Assembly: GCA_950097015.1 (NCBI GenBank)
Contig: CATNEN010000015.1
Coordinates: 248,001 to 312,000 of the forward strand
DNA: 64,000 nt
Reading direction: 5' to 3'
Source: Macrostomum hystrix
Taxonomy: Eukaryota > Animalia > Platyhelminthes
Below are positions 27,451 through 43,760 of this stretch, one piece after another. The notes under the pieces were generated by a model. That model was not told the DNA's origin and searched no databases. It was given only the letters and a program-made list of their open reading frames with translations. The number at the start of each line of letters is the position of its first letter. Position 1 is the stretch's first letter. The position numbers and the translations under genes were made by a program.

Positions 27451-28835
27451 TATCTTACTCGCACTTTAACCATCTTCGTTATTGTTTACCGTTGCTCTTG
27501 CTTTAAAAGCCATAGACTATTACCCGCGTGGTTCTGTACCCCAGTTAACAAGCGAGCAAGGCGCAGCCCCTCACAAATATATTCACCTTTCTGCTTTCCC
27601 TTCTGCATCTCGCGTAAACAGCTCGTAGATAGGTAAATGGGCATATAGGTAAATAATAAGAAGATTAGGTAGATAGACATTTGAGAATATATAGGTAGAT
27701 ATAGGTAGACGGATAGATAAGTAGATAGGTAGATAGGTAGATTCGTATATATTAGTTGGGAAATGAGCTCATATTTGATATATTACTTAGAGAATCATAG
27801 ATTTTTCTGTAATTGTGAGTTGTGTGCTCATACTGTATAAAACTCTTCGAGTCCAGAAGCCAAAATAAAAGCCAGAAACTTCACCAAAGCGCGCAGGCAT
27901 TTTATTAGCGTGTCACAATTTCGGCAGGCAGGTGGACAGGAATGTCGTGGCCTTCTATTGTAAAACAGCAGCCATTGCTACCTGCTGCAAGCGGACAGAA
28001 AGGCTTTGTTAAATTGCTTTGTGTCTGCATTAAGAGGCTTAAGAGAACCCTGCTGCCGTCTGCTCTGAGCTGGCGGTATCGGCTCTTTCAACTCATTCTC
28101 AACCGGACTCATCTGTGCTCAAGTCTTTTTACTTGAGCACAGCTCAAGCAGATTTTGTATTATAATGCCCTGCATCTGCGCTGCTAGCCTGTAGCAAAAT
28201 TATTTACTGCCGTCTTCAGGCGCCACATCAGTAATTGTGTGTTATCAGTGCAGGTCATTAATTACTGCTCAGAATTCATGAGTACCCCCGCTAAAGCAGA
28301 ACTGCTACTCATTATCATGAAACAGTACTTCTATGAAATGTCATTTCGATACATATCGGCTGGCAGGTGGTTCAGGCTCAGACATGCATTCAGCGGTACA
28401 CGTCACCCACTGTGTCCCATAACTATTTTCTCTCTTCTCAAATTCCAAGATTTCAAAACTAGTCTTTCTCTAGCCATCTCAGTGTAGCTTTAATGTCTGC
28501 ATCATGCTACTGCTGCAACCCAGAGCAGTAGCAATAGTGGCTAAATTGTAACTTATTTCAAGGATGATAGATTTCTTATTTGCAAATAGCTTCCATCTCC
28601 ACGAGACGGACAGCAGGAACAACAGTCGCTCATTGATTGAACAAAAGCCAGCAATAAAATATAAAACGCATCTGCGAATGTCAATCATCAATTAGATGGC
28701 ACAAGTACTTACTTTCCAAATGTTTGCTTTGGTTTTCCTGAAAAAAATTTTTTTTCTCGATAAACATTTTCGGCGTCTCTCCTGCAGCAGCACTAATTCG
28801 GTTGCGCATGGTAACGATTACTCATCTCTCCTCAT

Positions 28836-32364
<3,529 letters not shown>

Positions 32365-34126
32365 TTGCTGCAGCTGGAGAAAGGGAGAAAACAAAAATCC
32401 TTAGATTAAACTCTCACATTCGCTCCAAGCAGGAGTTCTTTTGTTCAGAAAAATCGCCCGACTAAATATAAAATGTAAGATGGAGGTTGGGGACCAGATG
32501 GTGGCACCAGAGACTCGCGAGAATTCCACCACCTGACGCAAGTAAGCTGTTGTGTTTATGTCGCTATACCTGAGGTTGACGTACAGATGCAGGAAAATTC
32601 ATCTTATTGGTCAGAAGTTAAGGAAGGCTTACTTAACGTCAATTAGCAGCAGCATCTCTGGAAAAATCTTAATTTGTCTTTTAATAGAAGGGACCATAAA
32701 TATATATTTAGAAAGAATCGATAAATATTATTTATATGTTCCAATTTTAAGTCGATCCATGCATGTAAATTGTGCTGCAACCGCGTGTACGTGTCATTTT
32801 CGTGGATGCTAAACATGGGAATTATAACTAACAAATCTAAAAAAGTCGTAGATAACAGACAAAACACAATAAACAATACAGAATTGGTTTCAAACAGGAA
32901 CTTTTTGATTTTAGCTTTTCGCATCCAATTTTAGGACAAACTCCAGCAGGTTTAGCTGGTTCTTCAGAAAGTAACGATAATATGAATGCCTGGTCAAATG
33001 AAATTTATTTCCGTTGCGTGTCGAGTAAAACAACTCATTAGAACTATTTATTACCCGCTTCTTCAAATATTAATGTTGCAACTGTTTAAAATGTAAAAAG
33101 TAGTTTTAAAAATAAATAGTGTTTATTAAAGCATCTATCTATTTATCACAATGGTCAGAGTTTTTGCAACTATTTTGTCTTTCAGATTTTCCAGAAATTC
33201 ATTTTGTTCCTTATATAGCTCATTTCATTCATATCGCAGTATTATTCGTTTTCGTTATAAGCCAAAAGGCAAAATTTTTGTAAAATCTGACAAAGAATAT
33301 ATTTAGTTACTTTTTTAAACATTCTGATGTTACGATCCGCACTAAAAATCGAATTGATACTAATGATATATAATAATTCTTTCTCTATAGTCCAGAATCA
33401 AATACAATTGCAACACTTGCAAATAGATGATAATACAGACAAAAATTTTAATTTATTGCTATTTATACAGAACTTACAAAATTATGGCTAAAATGTAAAA
33501 TTAGTCTAAGGAAAAAATCATTTCGCTCGATCTGGCACAAATCAACATGTATATTATAAAAATATTGTCTACATTATAGACATAAGGACATTTAACATTT
33601 AATGAGTTTTTAGAGTGATTAAAATATCTAATTAAAAACATAGATAATTGATTTCAGTGTACAGTTATAATTAAAACATATTTTTATCTATGGAATTTCT
33701 CTTTGTCTTTTCAAAACATTCGCTAAACTAAACGAAACTATTTTTTTCTGAAGTAAATACAAATTGTCACAATGTCAATTGAATATTTACATATTTTTCT
33801 GGTAGTCTCTTTACACAAAATTCGATGTAAGAGAAAATATTTATAGCTTTTTATTAGCTGCCCTTGACGCTAAAGACTTAATTGCAGTATTCTAACCAGT
33901 TCATGTTTAGCTTAGGAAGCTATTTAGTCCAATGATTGGAGCTATGTAAACACAAAATATGGAGGTCTGAAGTTCGAATCTCAGCCTAATGGAAACTTCG
34001 TCCATATGTGCAAGAATATCAGCCATTTAGGACATATCGCTGGGTGTTAAGACCACCTCCTTCCTTGGACAGAATGACTGAATGACATGGTTCATGACCG
34101 ACTAAAATCGCTGCTCACCTCCGCAG

Positions 34127-35811
34127 GCGCAGCGCACGCAGGTGATTTACCAGTCCTTCCGGGCCAGACGTTGCGGCTACTGCTGCGAGGAGACGTCCGT
34201 CACGGCCTGGATGGCGGGACACTCCGTGCCAGTCAGCCTGTACCAGGAGCTCATGGACAATGGCTGGCAGCGGCTGGGCAGGGCCTTCTCTGCCTGCAGC
34301 ATGGAGGCCACCTGCTGCCCGCAGTTCGCGTCTCGCATCGACGTTGGCGCCTTCCGGCTCAGCGGCTCGCAGCGGCGGACCCTGCGGCGAGTTCTGCGCC
34401 ACCTGGGCGGCAGCTGCTGCTCGCCAGCGACAGCCAATCAGAGCGCGGCAGCCAATCAGAGCGCGACAACCAATCAGAGCGCGACAGCCAATCAGAGCGC
34501 GACTGCCAACTCCAATGCGGTTGGTGACCAGGTGGGGTACCTACGAATAGGCTGGGCCACAGTATTGCGTATTCAAAGCCAGCAACTTTCGCTGTCCGCA
34601 TTCTTCCAGAACTCGGACGCCGATGCAGTGGCCGAGCTGATTCTGGCTTCGGCCTCCTCGTCGCCGGACACCCGGAAAGCTCGCCAACTTCGCTGGCACC
34701 GTCGGCTTGATCGGCTGCGTCAGCGGGCCATCTCGGCCGAGTCTCCCGAAGCGGAGTTCGCACATCTGCTCGCCCAGGCCGCCGACAGACGCCAGCGAAG
34801 GCAGCAGCGCAGAAACCCCGTCAGGACCTTGGCCGACTATGCCGGGGCCTTAGCCCGCGTGGACCGGGCCCGCTTTCGCGTCGACTGGCTTCCGGCGGGA
34901 TCCCAGCAGCTGCGAGACACACTGTACGATGAGTACACATGCTACCTGATGTACGAGCAGTCGGTGCATAGCGGTGGGAGCTCCAACTGCAGCTACAAGC
35001 ACTTCTGCGATGTCATGGTGCGTTTTTAATCAATCAGCGAATCTGTTTTTAGTGATTGATTGCAAATACTGGCACCAGCATTGATCACAGCTTGGCTTTG
35101 TACCAGGTGGAAACGTGTCTGGCACATCAGCCAGCCATCGGGCGCGGCACCCACCATGTCCAGTACTGGCTTGGCGACCGCCTCATGGGCGTGGACATCG
35201 TGGACGTACTGTCCGAATCGGTCTCGTCCATGTACTTCTTCTACGATCCGCAGCTGCTGCGCCTGTCGCCTGGGACCTTCAGCATGCTCTACCTGATTTC
35301 CCGCCTGGCCACCTGGCGAGAGCGCTTCCCTGCTGGGCCGCCCCTGCGCCACCTGTATCTGGGCTGCTATGTGCCCGGCAACCGCAAGGTGGCCTACAAG
35401 ACCAGCCTGCGGCCCTGCGAGCTGCTTTGCCCGGAGACCAGGCGTTGGTTCGACTTCGAGACCGTCTGCCGGCCGCTGCTGCAGGCCTCCGGCAGCAAGT
35501 ACGCCCGCTTCGCTCCGCCCGAAGACGCAGCGGCCGCCACCGCCGTCACCGCCGCCACCGCCGCTAGAGACGCCCTGAAGGTCCGCACGCTGATTCGCAG
35601 TGGCCAGCAGTTCCGGGTGAAGTTTCTTGACGTCGCCGAGCTGTCTGAGTGCGCAGTTCTTGACGATTCGCTGTCCAGGGCTTTGAACTTGCTGAGCCAG
35701 CTGGGCGAGCTGGCAGGCCTGGCAGCAGCCAGGAGGCTGGCTGTACAGCTTGAGTTCGATGTGCGAGTGAGCAGCGACTCACCCCTGCAGCCAGCTGGCT
35801 CCGCTCACTGA
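34127..35811 (+). CDS. ATE1: Arginyl-tRNA--protein transferase (ATE1-like), divergent. Exons about 34127/34142-35017 and 35107-35811; start codon unresolved
   Basis: CGYC, YQELMDNGWQRLG, TCCPQF and C-terminal HHVQYWLGDRLMGVDIVDVL..SVSSMYFFYDP, YLGCYV..RKVAYK..ELLCPET match ATE_N/ATE_C motifs. The 89-nt phase-0 intron is GTGCGT...TACCAG. Confidence 0.88.
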
Positions 35812-36059
35812 TTGGGCCACCAAACACTGCCGACCCCTCTGACTCATGCCAATTATTTACTATTCACCTGCTTAACAGCTTCACATCACATCCCTCCCTG
35901 GAACTCATCATCCGCTACATACTAGAATACAGTTCTTAGTCCTGGGGTTAGAGATTCGGACACCCAGAGAGAGGGGTCTGGAATTTGAATCTTCAAAACC
36001 ATCCGCCACTCACATAGACCCCATCTGTCCCTCCTTTATACCCACCCGCTTCATTCATG

Positions 36060-36420
36060 ATCCCCTCCCACGAACCCATCCTCCCTCCCGCGAACCCATC
36101 CGCCCTCCCACGAACCCATCCTCCCTCCCGCGAACCCATCCGCCCTCCCACGAACCCATCCGCCCTCCCACGAACCCATCCGCCCCTCCCACAAACCCTT
36201 CCGCCCCTCCCACCAACCTATCCGCCCCTTCTACAAACCCATCCGCCCCTTCTACAAACCCATCCGCCCCTTCTACAAACCAATCCGCCCCTACTACAAA
36301 CCCATCCGCCCCTTCTACAAACCCATCCGCCCCTTCTACAAACCCATCCGCCCCTACTACAAACCCATTCGCCCCTTCTACAAACCCATCCGCCCCTTCT
36401 ACAAACCCATCCGCCCGTCG
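36060..36420. repeat. 21-bp minisatellite (ACAAACCCATCCGCCCCTTCT and variants)
   Basis: Direct inspection. Confidence 0.9.
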
Positions 36421-36909
36421 CACAAATCCGTTTGGCATTAACATTATTGTAAAGCATTGCAAGGCGACTTCAAAATAATAGTTTGCTCCATACTCGACAA
36501 TGTGCCTTACATATTATTGACATACTTTAGTTTCCTTTTTTACTTAGATTAGTAGCCACAATATTTTTATATTATTCGAATGTGCTTTTACAATCGATAT
36601 TATCCAGACTATACTTTCTATTGAAAATCTGTCTTTTAGCACAGATTGCATCCCGTATTACTGTCCACTGCCAGTACCAGTAGTATTGCCCGCCTCGTGA
36701 TTCCGTGGCTTATCTCTCGAAGATACAGGTAAGAAATAATTAGACAATTAAATATACTGTATATACATGGCCAATAGTTAGTCATATATTTATCAATATC
36801 TGCGATCCGGGCCTTGCTCCCGCGTGACCAAACTGTCATCTCCTGTGTCAACTGAAATTATTCACTCACAGCACCACTTTTTTTACGCTGACTAACTCCA
36901 CCTCATCAG

Positions 36910-37610
36910 TAGTACTGCAGTTCCCTCCGCTCAGTCCTGCAGTTCCCTCCGCTCAGTCCTGCAGTTCCCTCCGCTCAGTCCTGCAGTTCCCTCCGCTCAG
37001 TACTGCAGTTCCCTCCGCTCAGTCCTGCAGTTCCCTCCGCTCAGTCCTGCAGTTCCCTCCGCTCAGTCCTGCAGTTCCCTCCGCTCAGTCCTGCAGTTCC
37101 CTCCGCTCAGTCCTGCAGTTCCCTCCGCTCAGTCCTGCAGTTCCCTCCCCTCAGTCCTGCAGTTCCCTCCCCTCAGTCCTGCAGCTCCCCCCGCTCAGTC
37201 CTGCAGTTCCCTCCGCTCAGTCCTGCAGTTCCCTCCGCTCAGTCCTGCAGTTCCCTCCGCTCAGTCCTGCAGTTCCCTCCGCTCAGTCCTGCAGTTCCCT
37301 CCGCTCAGTCCTGCAGTTCCCTCCGCTCAGTCCTGCAGTTCCCTCCGCTCAGTCCTGCAGTTCCCTCCGCTCAGTCCTGCAGTTCCCTCCGCTCAGTCCT
37401 GCAGTTCCCTCCCCTCAGTCCTGCAGCTCCCCCCGCTCAGTCCTGCAGTTCCCTCCGCTCAGTCCTGCAGTTCCCTCCGCTCAGTCCTGCAGTTCCCTCC
37501 GCTCAGTCCTGCAGTTCCCTCCGCTCAGTCCTGCAGTTCCCTCCGCTCAGTCCTGCAGTTCCCTCCCCTCAGTCCTGCAGTTCCCTCCCCTCAGTCCTGC
37601 AGTTCCCTCA
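36910..37610. repeat. 22-bp minisatellite (CAGTCCTGCAGTTCCCTCCGCT), about 32 copies
   Basis: Near-perfect array. Confidence 0.95.
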
Positions 37611-37899
37611 GGACGCAGGAGCTGGTAGCAAGAACTCCGTTCTGGAGAACGGTAGAGCTAGTGCCAGCGGTGGTCTTCGCGAAAGTCGCTTCAGTTCTTC
37701 CTCCTCAAATATTGCAGTGCTAATTTGTGTATTGGGGTGTATGAAATACAAATCTTATGAGACAAATCTGACTTTCGGCCAGAACCATCTTGACGGTCTG
37801 AAAGGCTGGCGACTTGATTATTGTTTCGTTCGGGTGCAGAACAAAATCACCCCTTGGTAGTTCTACTGTAAATCGGTGATTGCTACTAATAATCTGACA

Positions 37900-39800
37900 G
37901 GTATGCTTATCTGCTTTCACAGGGACAGCCAGTATGCTTATCTGCTTTCACAGGGACAGCCAGTATGCTTATCTGCTTTCACAGGGACAGCCAATATGCT
38001 TATCTGCTTTCACAGGGACAGCCAATTGCTTATCTGCTTTCACAGGGACAGCCAGTATGCTTATCTGCTTTCACAGGGACAGCCAGTATGCTTATCTGCT
38101 TTCACAGGGACAGCCAATATGCTTATCTGCTTTCACAGGGACAGCCAATTGCTTATCTGCTTTCACAGGGACAGCCAGTATGCTTATCTGCTTTCACAGG
38201 GACAGCCAATATGCTTATCTGCTTTCACAGGGACAGCCAATTGCTTATCTGCTTTCACAGGGACAGCCAGTATGCTTATCTGCTTTCACAGGGACAGCCA
38301 ATTGCTTATCTGCTTTCACAGGGACAGCCAGTATGCTTATCTGCTTTCACAGGGACAGCCAATATGCTTATCTGCTTTCACAGGGACAGCCAATTGCTTA
38401 TCTGCTTTCACAGGGACAGCCGATTGCTTATCTGCTTTCCCAGGGACAGCCAATTGCTTATCTGCTTTCACAGGGACAGCCAATATGCTTATCTGCTTTC
38501 ACAGGGACAGCCAGTATGCTTATCTGCTTTCACAGGGACAGCCAGTATGCTTATCTGCTTTCACAGGGACAGCCAATATGCTTATCTGCTTTCACAGGGA
38601 CAGCCAGTATGCTTATCTGCTTTCACAGGGACAGCCAGTATGCTTATCTGCTTTCACAGAGACAGCCAGTATGCTTATCTGCTTTCACAGGGACAGCCAG
38701 TATGCTTATCGGCTTTCACAGGGACAGCCAATTGCTTATCTGCTTTCACAGGGACAGCCAATTGCTTATCTGCTTTCACAGAGACAGCCAGTATGCTTAT
38801 CTGCTTTCACAGGGACAGCCAATTGCTTATCTGCTTTCACAGAGACAGCCAATATGCTTATCTGCTTTCACAGAGACAGCCAATATGCTTATCTGCTTTC
38901 ACAGGGACAGCCAATATCCTTATCTGCTTTCACAGAGACAGCCAATATGCTTATCTGCTTTCACAGAGACAGCCAATATGCTTATCTGCTTTCACAGAGA
39001 CAGCCAATATGCTTATCTGCTTTCACAGAGACAGCCAATATGCTTATCTGCTTTCACAGGGACAGCCAATATCCTTATCTGCTTTCACAGAGACAGCCAA
39101 TATGCTTATCTGCTTTCACAGAGACAGCCAATATGCTTATCTGCTTTCACAGAGACAGCCAGTATGCTTATCTGCTTTCACAGGGACAGCCAATATGCTT
39201 ATCTGCTTTCACAGAGACAGCCAATATGCTTATCTGCTTTCACAGAGACAGCCAATATGCTTATCTGCTTTCACAGAGACAGCCAATATGCTTATCTGCT
39301 TTCACAGAGACAGCCAATATGCTTATCTGCTTTCACAGAGACAGCCAATATGCTTATCTGCTTTCACAGGGACAGCCAATATGCTTATCTGCTTTCACAG
39401 AGACAGCCAATATGCTTATCTGCTTTCACAGGGACAGCCAATATCCTTATCTGCTTTCACAGAGACAGCCAATATGCTTATCTGCTTTCACAGAGACAGC
39501 CAATATGCTTATCTGCTTTCACAGAGACAGCCAATATGCTTATCTGCTTTCACAGAGACAGCCAATATGCTTATCTGCTTTCACAGGGACAGCCAATATG
39601 CTTATCTGCTTTCACAGGGACAGCCAATATCCTTATCTGCTTTCACAGAGACAGCCAATATGCTTATCTGCTTTCACAGAGACAGCCAATATGCTTATCT
39701 GCTTTCACAGAGACAGCCAATATGCTTATCTGCTTTCACAGAGACAGCCAATATCCTTATCTGCTTTCACAGAGACAGCCAACTGCTTATCTGCTTTGAT
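37900..39800. repeat. 30/31-bp satellite (ATGCTTATCTGCTTTCACAG(G/A)GACAGCCAAT), about 60 copies
   Basis: Direct inspection; explains three overlapping >600-aa repetitive ORFs. Confidence 0.96.
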
Positions 39801-40364
39801 AAAGACAACCAATGTGTTTATCCTTGCGAAAAATTGCGAAGGCACGAGCAGGGAGGAGTGGGCAATCCCCTCACCAAGACATGTATTTGGATAACGATAG
39901 CATACAGTGTTATGAAAATCAGTGGCTAAAATGATGCTTTAACGGTAAGTCGAAGATTAAAATGAAATGAGAACGCAGGTTTTTGAGCTCAGTAACAGCA
40001 GAAAAAATTATTTTGGCAAGCGCGTGCAGAGAGCAAAGCAGGTGAGCAGCCAAAGGTGCAGAGCCGGGGGGCACGCGGCGAAGGTAGGCGCAACACAAAA
40101 AGGAGCGAAAGAATGCGCCACGGGCGCAATGCCTTAAAAAAATAACACTTTCGCTTGCGAACCTCACTAGTTCATCACAGTCTGCTAGGCCTCTTAAAGT
40201 TCACTGCTCGGTTTCAAAATCACAGTTAAGAACGAGATTAAATAGCTGTAGTAACTAGTTAAAGGACACCACACGCGATATGATTGGTGGTCCCGACAAT
40301 CCTAGGTGCACACACAATGTTCGTGCTCGAGCATTTGTACCCCATTCAAAAGCTTGTCTCAGGC

Positions 40365-42072
40365 TCAGCCGCGGACGAAGAACTCGCCGCTGCCGGCGCT
40401 GTCGAGAGCAGCTGGCACCACGGCATACTCCAGCAGGTGACAGAGGCCCTGCTCATGGTTGAAGACCACCGCCTCGCAGCCGACACCGCAGAGAAAGATG
40501 CACTCAGTGAGTCTACGAGCTTTGAGACTCCAGAAGGCCGGCGCATTCGGCTTGCTGATGCCGACCAGGGTGCGGTTGCCGAGGACAAAGCCTGTGATTG
40601 AGCAGAGGAGTCTCAGGAATTGACTCAGGCACAGTAATAAAATTGTTGTGGTTTTGGCTTTGAACTTTTATTTATTTAGTTGGCACAAAGCCCAACTTTG
40701 TCTACTGTCTAATGTCAATGACTCCGTAGCAAGTGCAGCTACAGCTTAGTAGATAGAGAGATCAGCTCAAAGAAGAAATACAAGAGCCGATCGATGGGAG
40801 GAATAAAATCCACCAAGCAGCGCATACAGTGCAAACTATCAGATGCTGTCTTAGTCTTCCTCATCAATTCAAGTTGTAACAAAAATGAGCACCATTTGTG
40901 AACTCGAAGCTAGCTATAAAGATCACGATATTCGATTCGATTTGCATTGCTGCCTAGACAGATGTGCTGTAATATCCGTTACCGTCGAGCGGACAGCAGA
41001 CGGGTAGTCGGGGTTCGGGTCCGGACTGCCCAGAGATTGCAGTGGAGGAGGGAAGGGGAGCGGCGACCCTCGAGGCGTAATGACACTCCGAGGTAGAGAT
41101 GAGGGGCTAGGAGCGGACAGAAACTCGCTTAGCCCTGCGAGAAGGATACGCGGATGACTGAGCTGGTGGCCACTGGACAGCACCAGAGGGATGTGGGTAG
41201 CGGTCTGGAGGCGTACCGACACTTCGCAGACTCGAGGGCAGACGCGGAATGATAGAGGATCTTTGGATGAGCGGTTGGCCACTCGTGTCCAATCAGAGGA
41301 CACTGAGGTCGGGAAGGTTAAGCAAGTGTATGATGAAGAGAGCAGGAAATGAATGAATCGTTAAACGCGTATCTTACTGGCAGGGGTCAAGCGAGTCAAA
41401 GCAGCGAAAAACGCAACGATTCTATTGTTGTCTTCTATTTATCGCCCAGATGGCTGGGGTGAAAGGCTAAAAGAATTCTGGGGTCGGTGCAAGGGAATTG
41501 TGAGTCGCAGCTCACAACAGATGTTCACATCAGCTTGCTGAAACCATAATCGCAACAGACTTCCGGCTTTGTTTGTTGAAAAGTACAAAGTTGCAGTAAA
41601 GAAGCAGCTCACAGTCACTGCAGATGTAGTTCAGCTTGAGCACGAAGTTTCTGTAGTTAGCTCCGCAGTTCTGGGTTGCATTGCCTGAGCATGCCGAATT
41701 ACAGTCAGTGCTGGCAGCGCTTCCCTGCCGGCCATAGACGTTGCCACAAAAGCACCACTCCCCGGACTGCAGCGCAATGTACTGGAAGCCGCCCAGAGCG
41801 CACACGCTACCGCAGAGGTCGTGGGTCATTGTGGAACTGCGCACAGACACATTGGACTGGAAGTTCTCGTATGTTCCCTGCTGCAGGCTGGCTTGGCCAA
41901 ACCGGTTGAAGCCGAAGTCTTTCAACTCGTTGACGTCTCTTCCGCCAGTCGTCAGGTCGATGAAGCATCCGACACTCGTGAGCTGGAACTGCCTGGCAAC
42001 AGTTGCTGAGAGCGCACAGGCCAGGGTTAGAGTCGCAGCGAAAAATATTTTTCTGGAGCTTTCAATTGGCAT
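40365..42072 (-). CDS. Secreted WSC-domain + PAN/apple-like protein, copy 1 (about 228 aa). Exons 42072-41613, 40591-40365
   Basis: Signal peptide, WSC motif GCFID...MTHDLCGSVC..GGFQYIALQSGEWCFCGN...CNSACSGNATQNCG, and a phase-1 GTGAG/CACAG intron. Exon 2 reads FVLGNRTLVG...ECIFLCGVGCEAVVFNHEQGLCHLL, a PAN-like Cys pattern. Confidence 0.85.
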
Positions 42073-42712
42073 TTTAGAAGTTCCAGCTCACTAACAGCTG
42101 AAATCTCAGGCTACACTCGGGCTACAGAATTCTGAAAGAGGAAAATCGACAACTACCTTTATGCTAGTAGTGGGAATGGAAATTTCTGTTTGGTGGTTGC
42201 GATAGCAAATCTGGTCCAGGTCTTCAAGAAGAAAGGCTTTTTTAAACAAACCGCTCTAGTCTAATTGTGCCAAATCCGTTTTTGTTTAAAAAAGCAGAAA
42301 CGGAATGAGTGGCTGCAATTTAAAAAAAGGATTTTTATAGAATTGCAAAATTTTGTCCTGGGCTGCGTGCTTGCTTGCATCCCAGTTGGTGCTCGCATGG
42401 CAAGTGGGATATAGGGACAGAGGGAGTGAGCAGTTCTTTCTATTATATGAAAACAATTTAACGTAAATAGTTATTGGCAGAATAAGTGGGATGAGCAAAC
42501 ACTCTACGACCTGTCACCAAGGAAACGGATATGCAATGGAGAGATGTACAGTACAGCCTGTTGTAAATGTTGTCCAGTTCCCGTGCATTCTCGTGTTTTC
42601 TATATTAATTTTCTCAATGTAAAATTTTCTCAATTTTCTCAATTTTCTCGTACATTCATTTCCTCTCCCTCCTGCCTGTTCGCTCTCCGCTCTCGTTATT
42701 ATCGATCCCCAC

Positions 42713-42880
42713 CGGCCGCCACCGTCATTTCCGCCGCCACCGCTGCTAGAGACGCCCTGAAGGTCCGCACGCTGATTCGCAGTGGCCAGCAGTTCCGGGT
42801 GAAGTTTCTTGACGTCGCCGAGCTGTCTGAGTGCGCAGCTCTTGACGATTCGCTGTCCAGTGACTTGAACATGCTGAGCA
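42713..42880 (+). pseudogene. Duplicated ~170-bp fragment of the ATE1-like last exon (source about 35531-35698)
   Basis: Near-identical DNA encoding AATAARDALKVRTLIRSGQQFRVKFLDVAELSECA.LDDSLS. Confidence 0.92.
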
Positions 42881-43174
42881 GAAACGGGCAGAAACGCAAT
42901 TTCTCTGCCCGAGAGAAGGAATTCTAAGGAACTCAACGCTAACTTGGTTGTCAGCCTGTTTTTCCAGTTTGTAAAATAGCACATGGCCAGAGACTAGTCT
43001 AAATCAGTTTTAGTTGTCTGTCATCAAAGTTATTCTTTCAGTTAAAGTTAGGCAGAGCTAACTTTTCTGGGTTCTACTTCCAATGTTTATTTTCACTTCT
43101 TGCCCTACGATAAAAAGAACATGACCTGCTCGCCTGAATTCTATACAAGGTGGTGATATCAGCAGCAGTTTCTA

Positions 43175-43760
43175 GCATCTTTTACTGCCAAACTGCAGCC
43201 GGATGTCCACCACGTAGGTCGGCTCGGAATCGCCGTCAAAGGTGAACTTTGAGCCGGTAAGGCAGTGATTACTCGGGTGGATGCCGCAGGAGCGATAGGC
43301 TTGACTCAGGTCCACCTTGCACATGCCCCTGCGCAGCCTCCTGGCAAATGCTGCTGGCCCGCGAACATGTGGTTGACAGCGGCGCCCCGTGGCTGGCTGC
43401 AGTCATGGATGAGCCGGATGCCTCCACCAGGCTTGGGAATGGCGCCAATGGCTCTGACGATAGTCGGCTGACTACAAACGCGGTACCTCCCAGTCCGTAA
43501 CTCTTCTTGGATCAGGGCTCGGACAGCAGCATGACGGATGGAGCCGTGGTTCTCCTGATCAACCACTTTGAAGGCGCCGCAGACATTGCGAATACGGAAG
43601 CCGTCCTTCACACCAGAGAGCACAGCTCGGCTGGCATCTCCGTATCGGCCAGCTCCAGCATCCTAGACTCGAAAGCGGCCGCGAATGCATCGCTCTTAAG
43701 ATGACTGGCAAGGTGAAGACGACAAATGATAATGAGGGAGTATCTATACCATAGGCCTTC
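43175..43760 (-). mobile_element. DIRS/Ngaro-type (tyrosine-recombinase retrotransposon) reverse transcriptase fragment
   Basis: GAIPKPGGGIRLIHDCSQPRGAAVN, then after a frameshift VDLSQAYRSCGIHPSNHCLTGSKFTFDG..TYVVDIRLQFG. These are typical RT motifs of that group. Confidence 0.72.

Noticed and set aside
37876-39929. Three overlapping ORFs of 621-672 aa
   Set aside because: Translations of a stop-free 30/31-bp satellite, open in all three frames; not protein-like.
40923-41303. 126-aa ORF as an extra WSC-PAN exon
   Set aside because: Absent from copy 2, and exons 1 and 2 already join in frame; more likely an intronic insertion.
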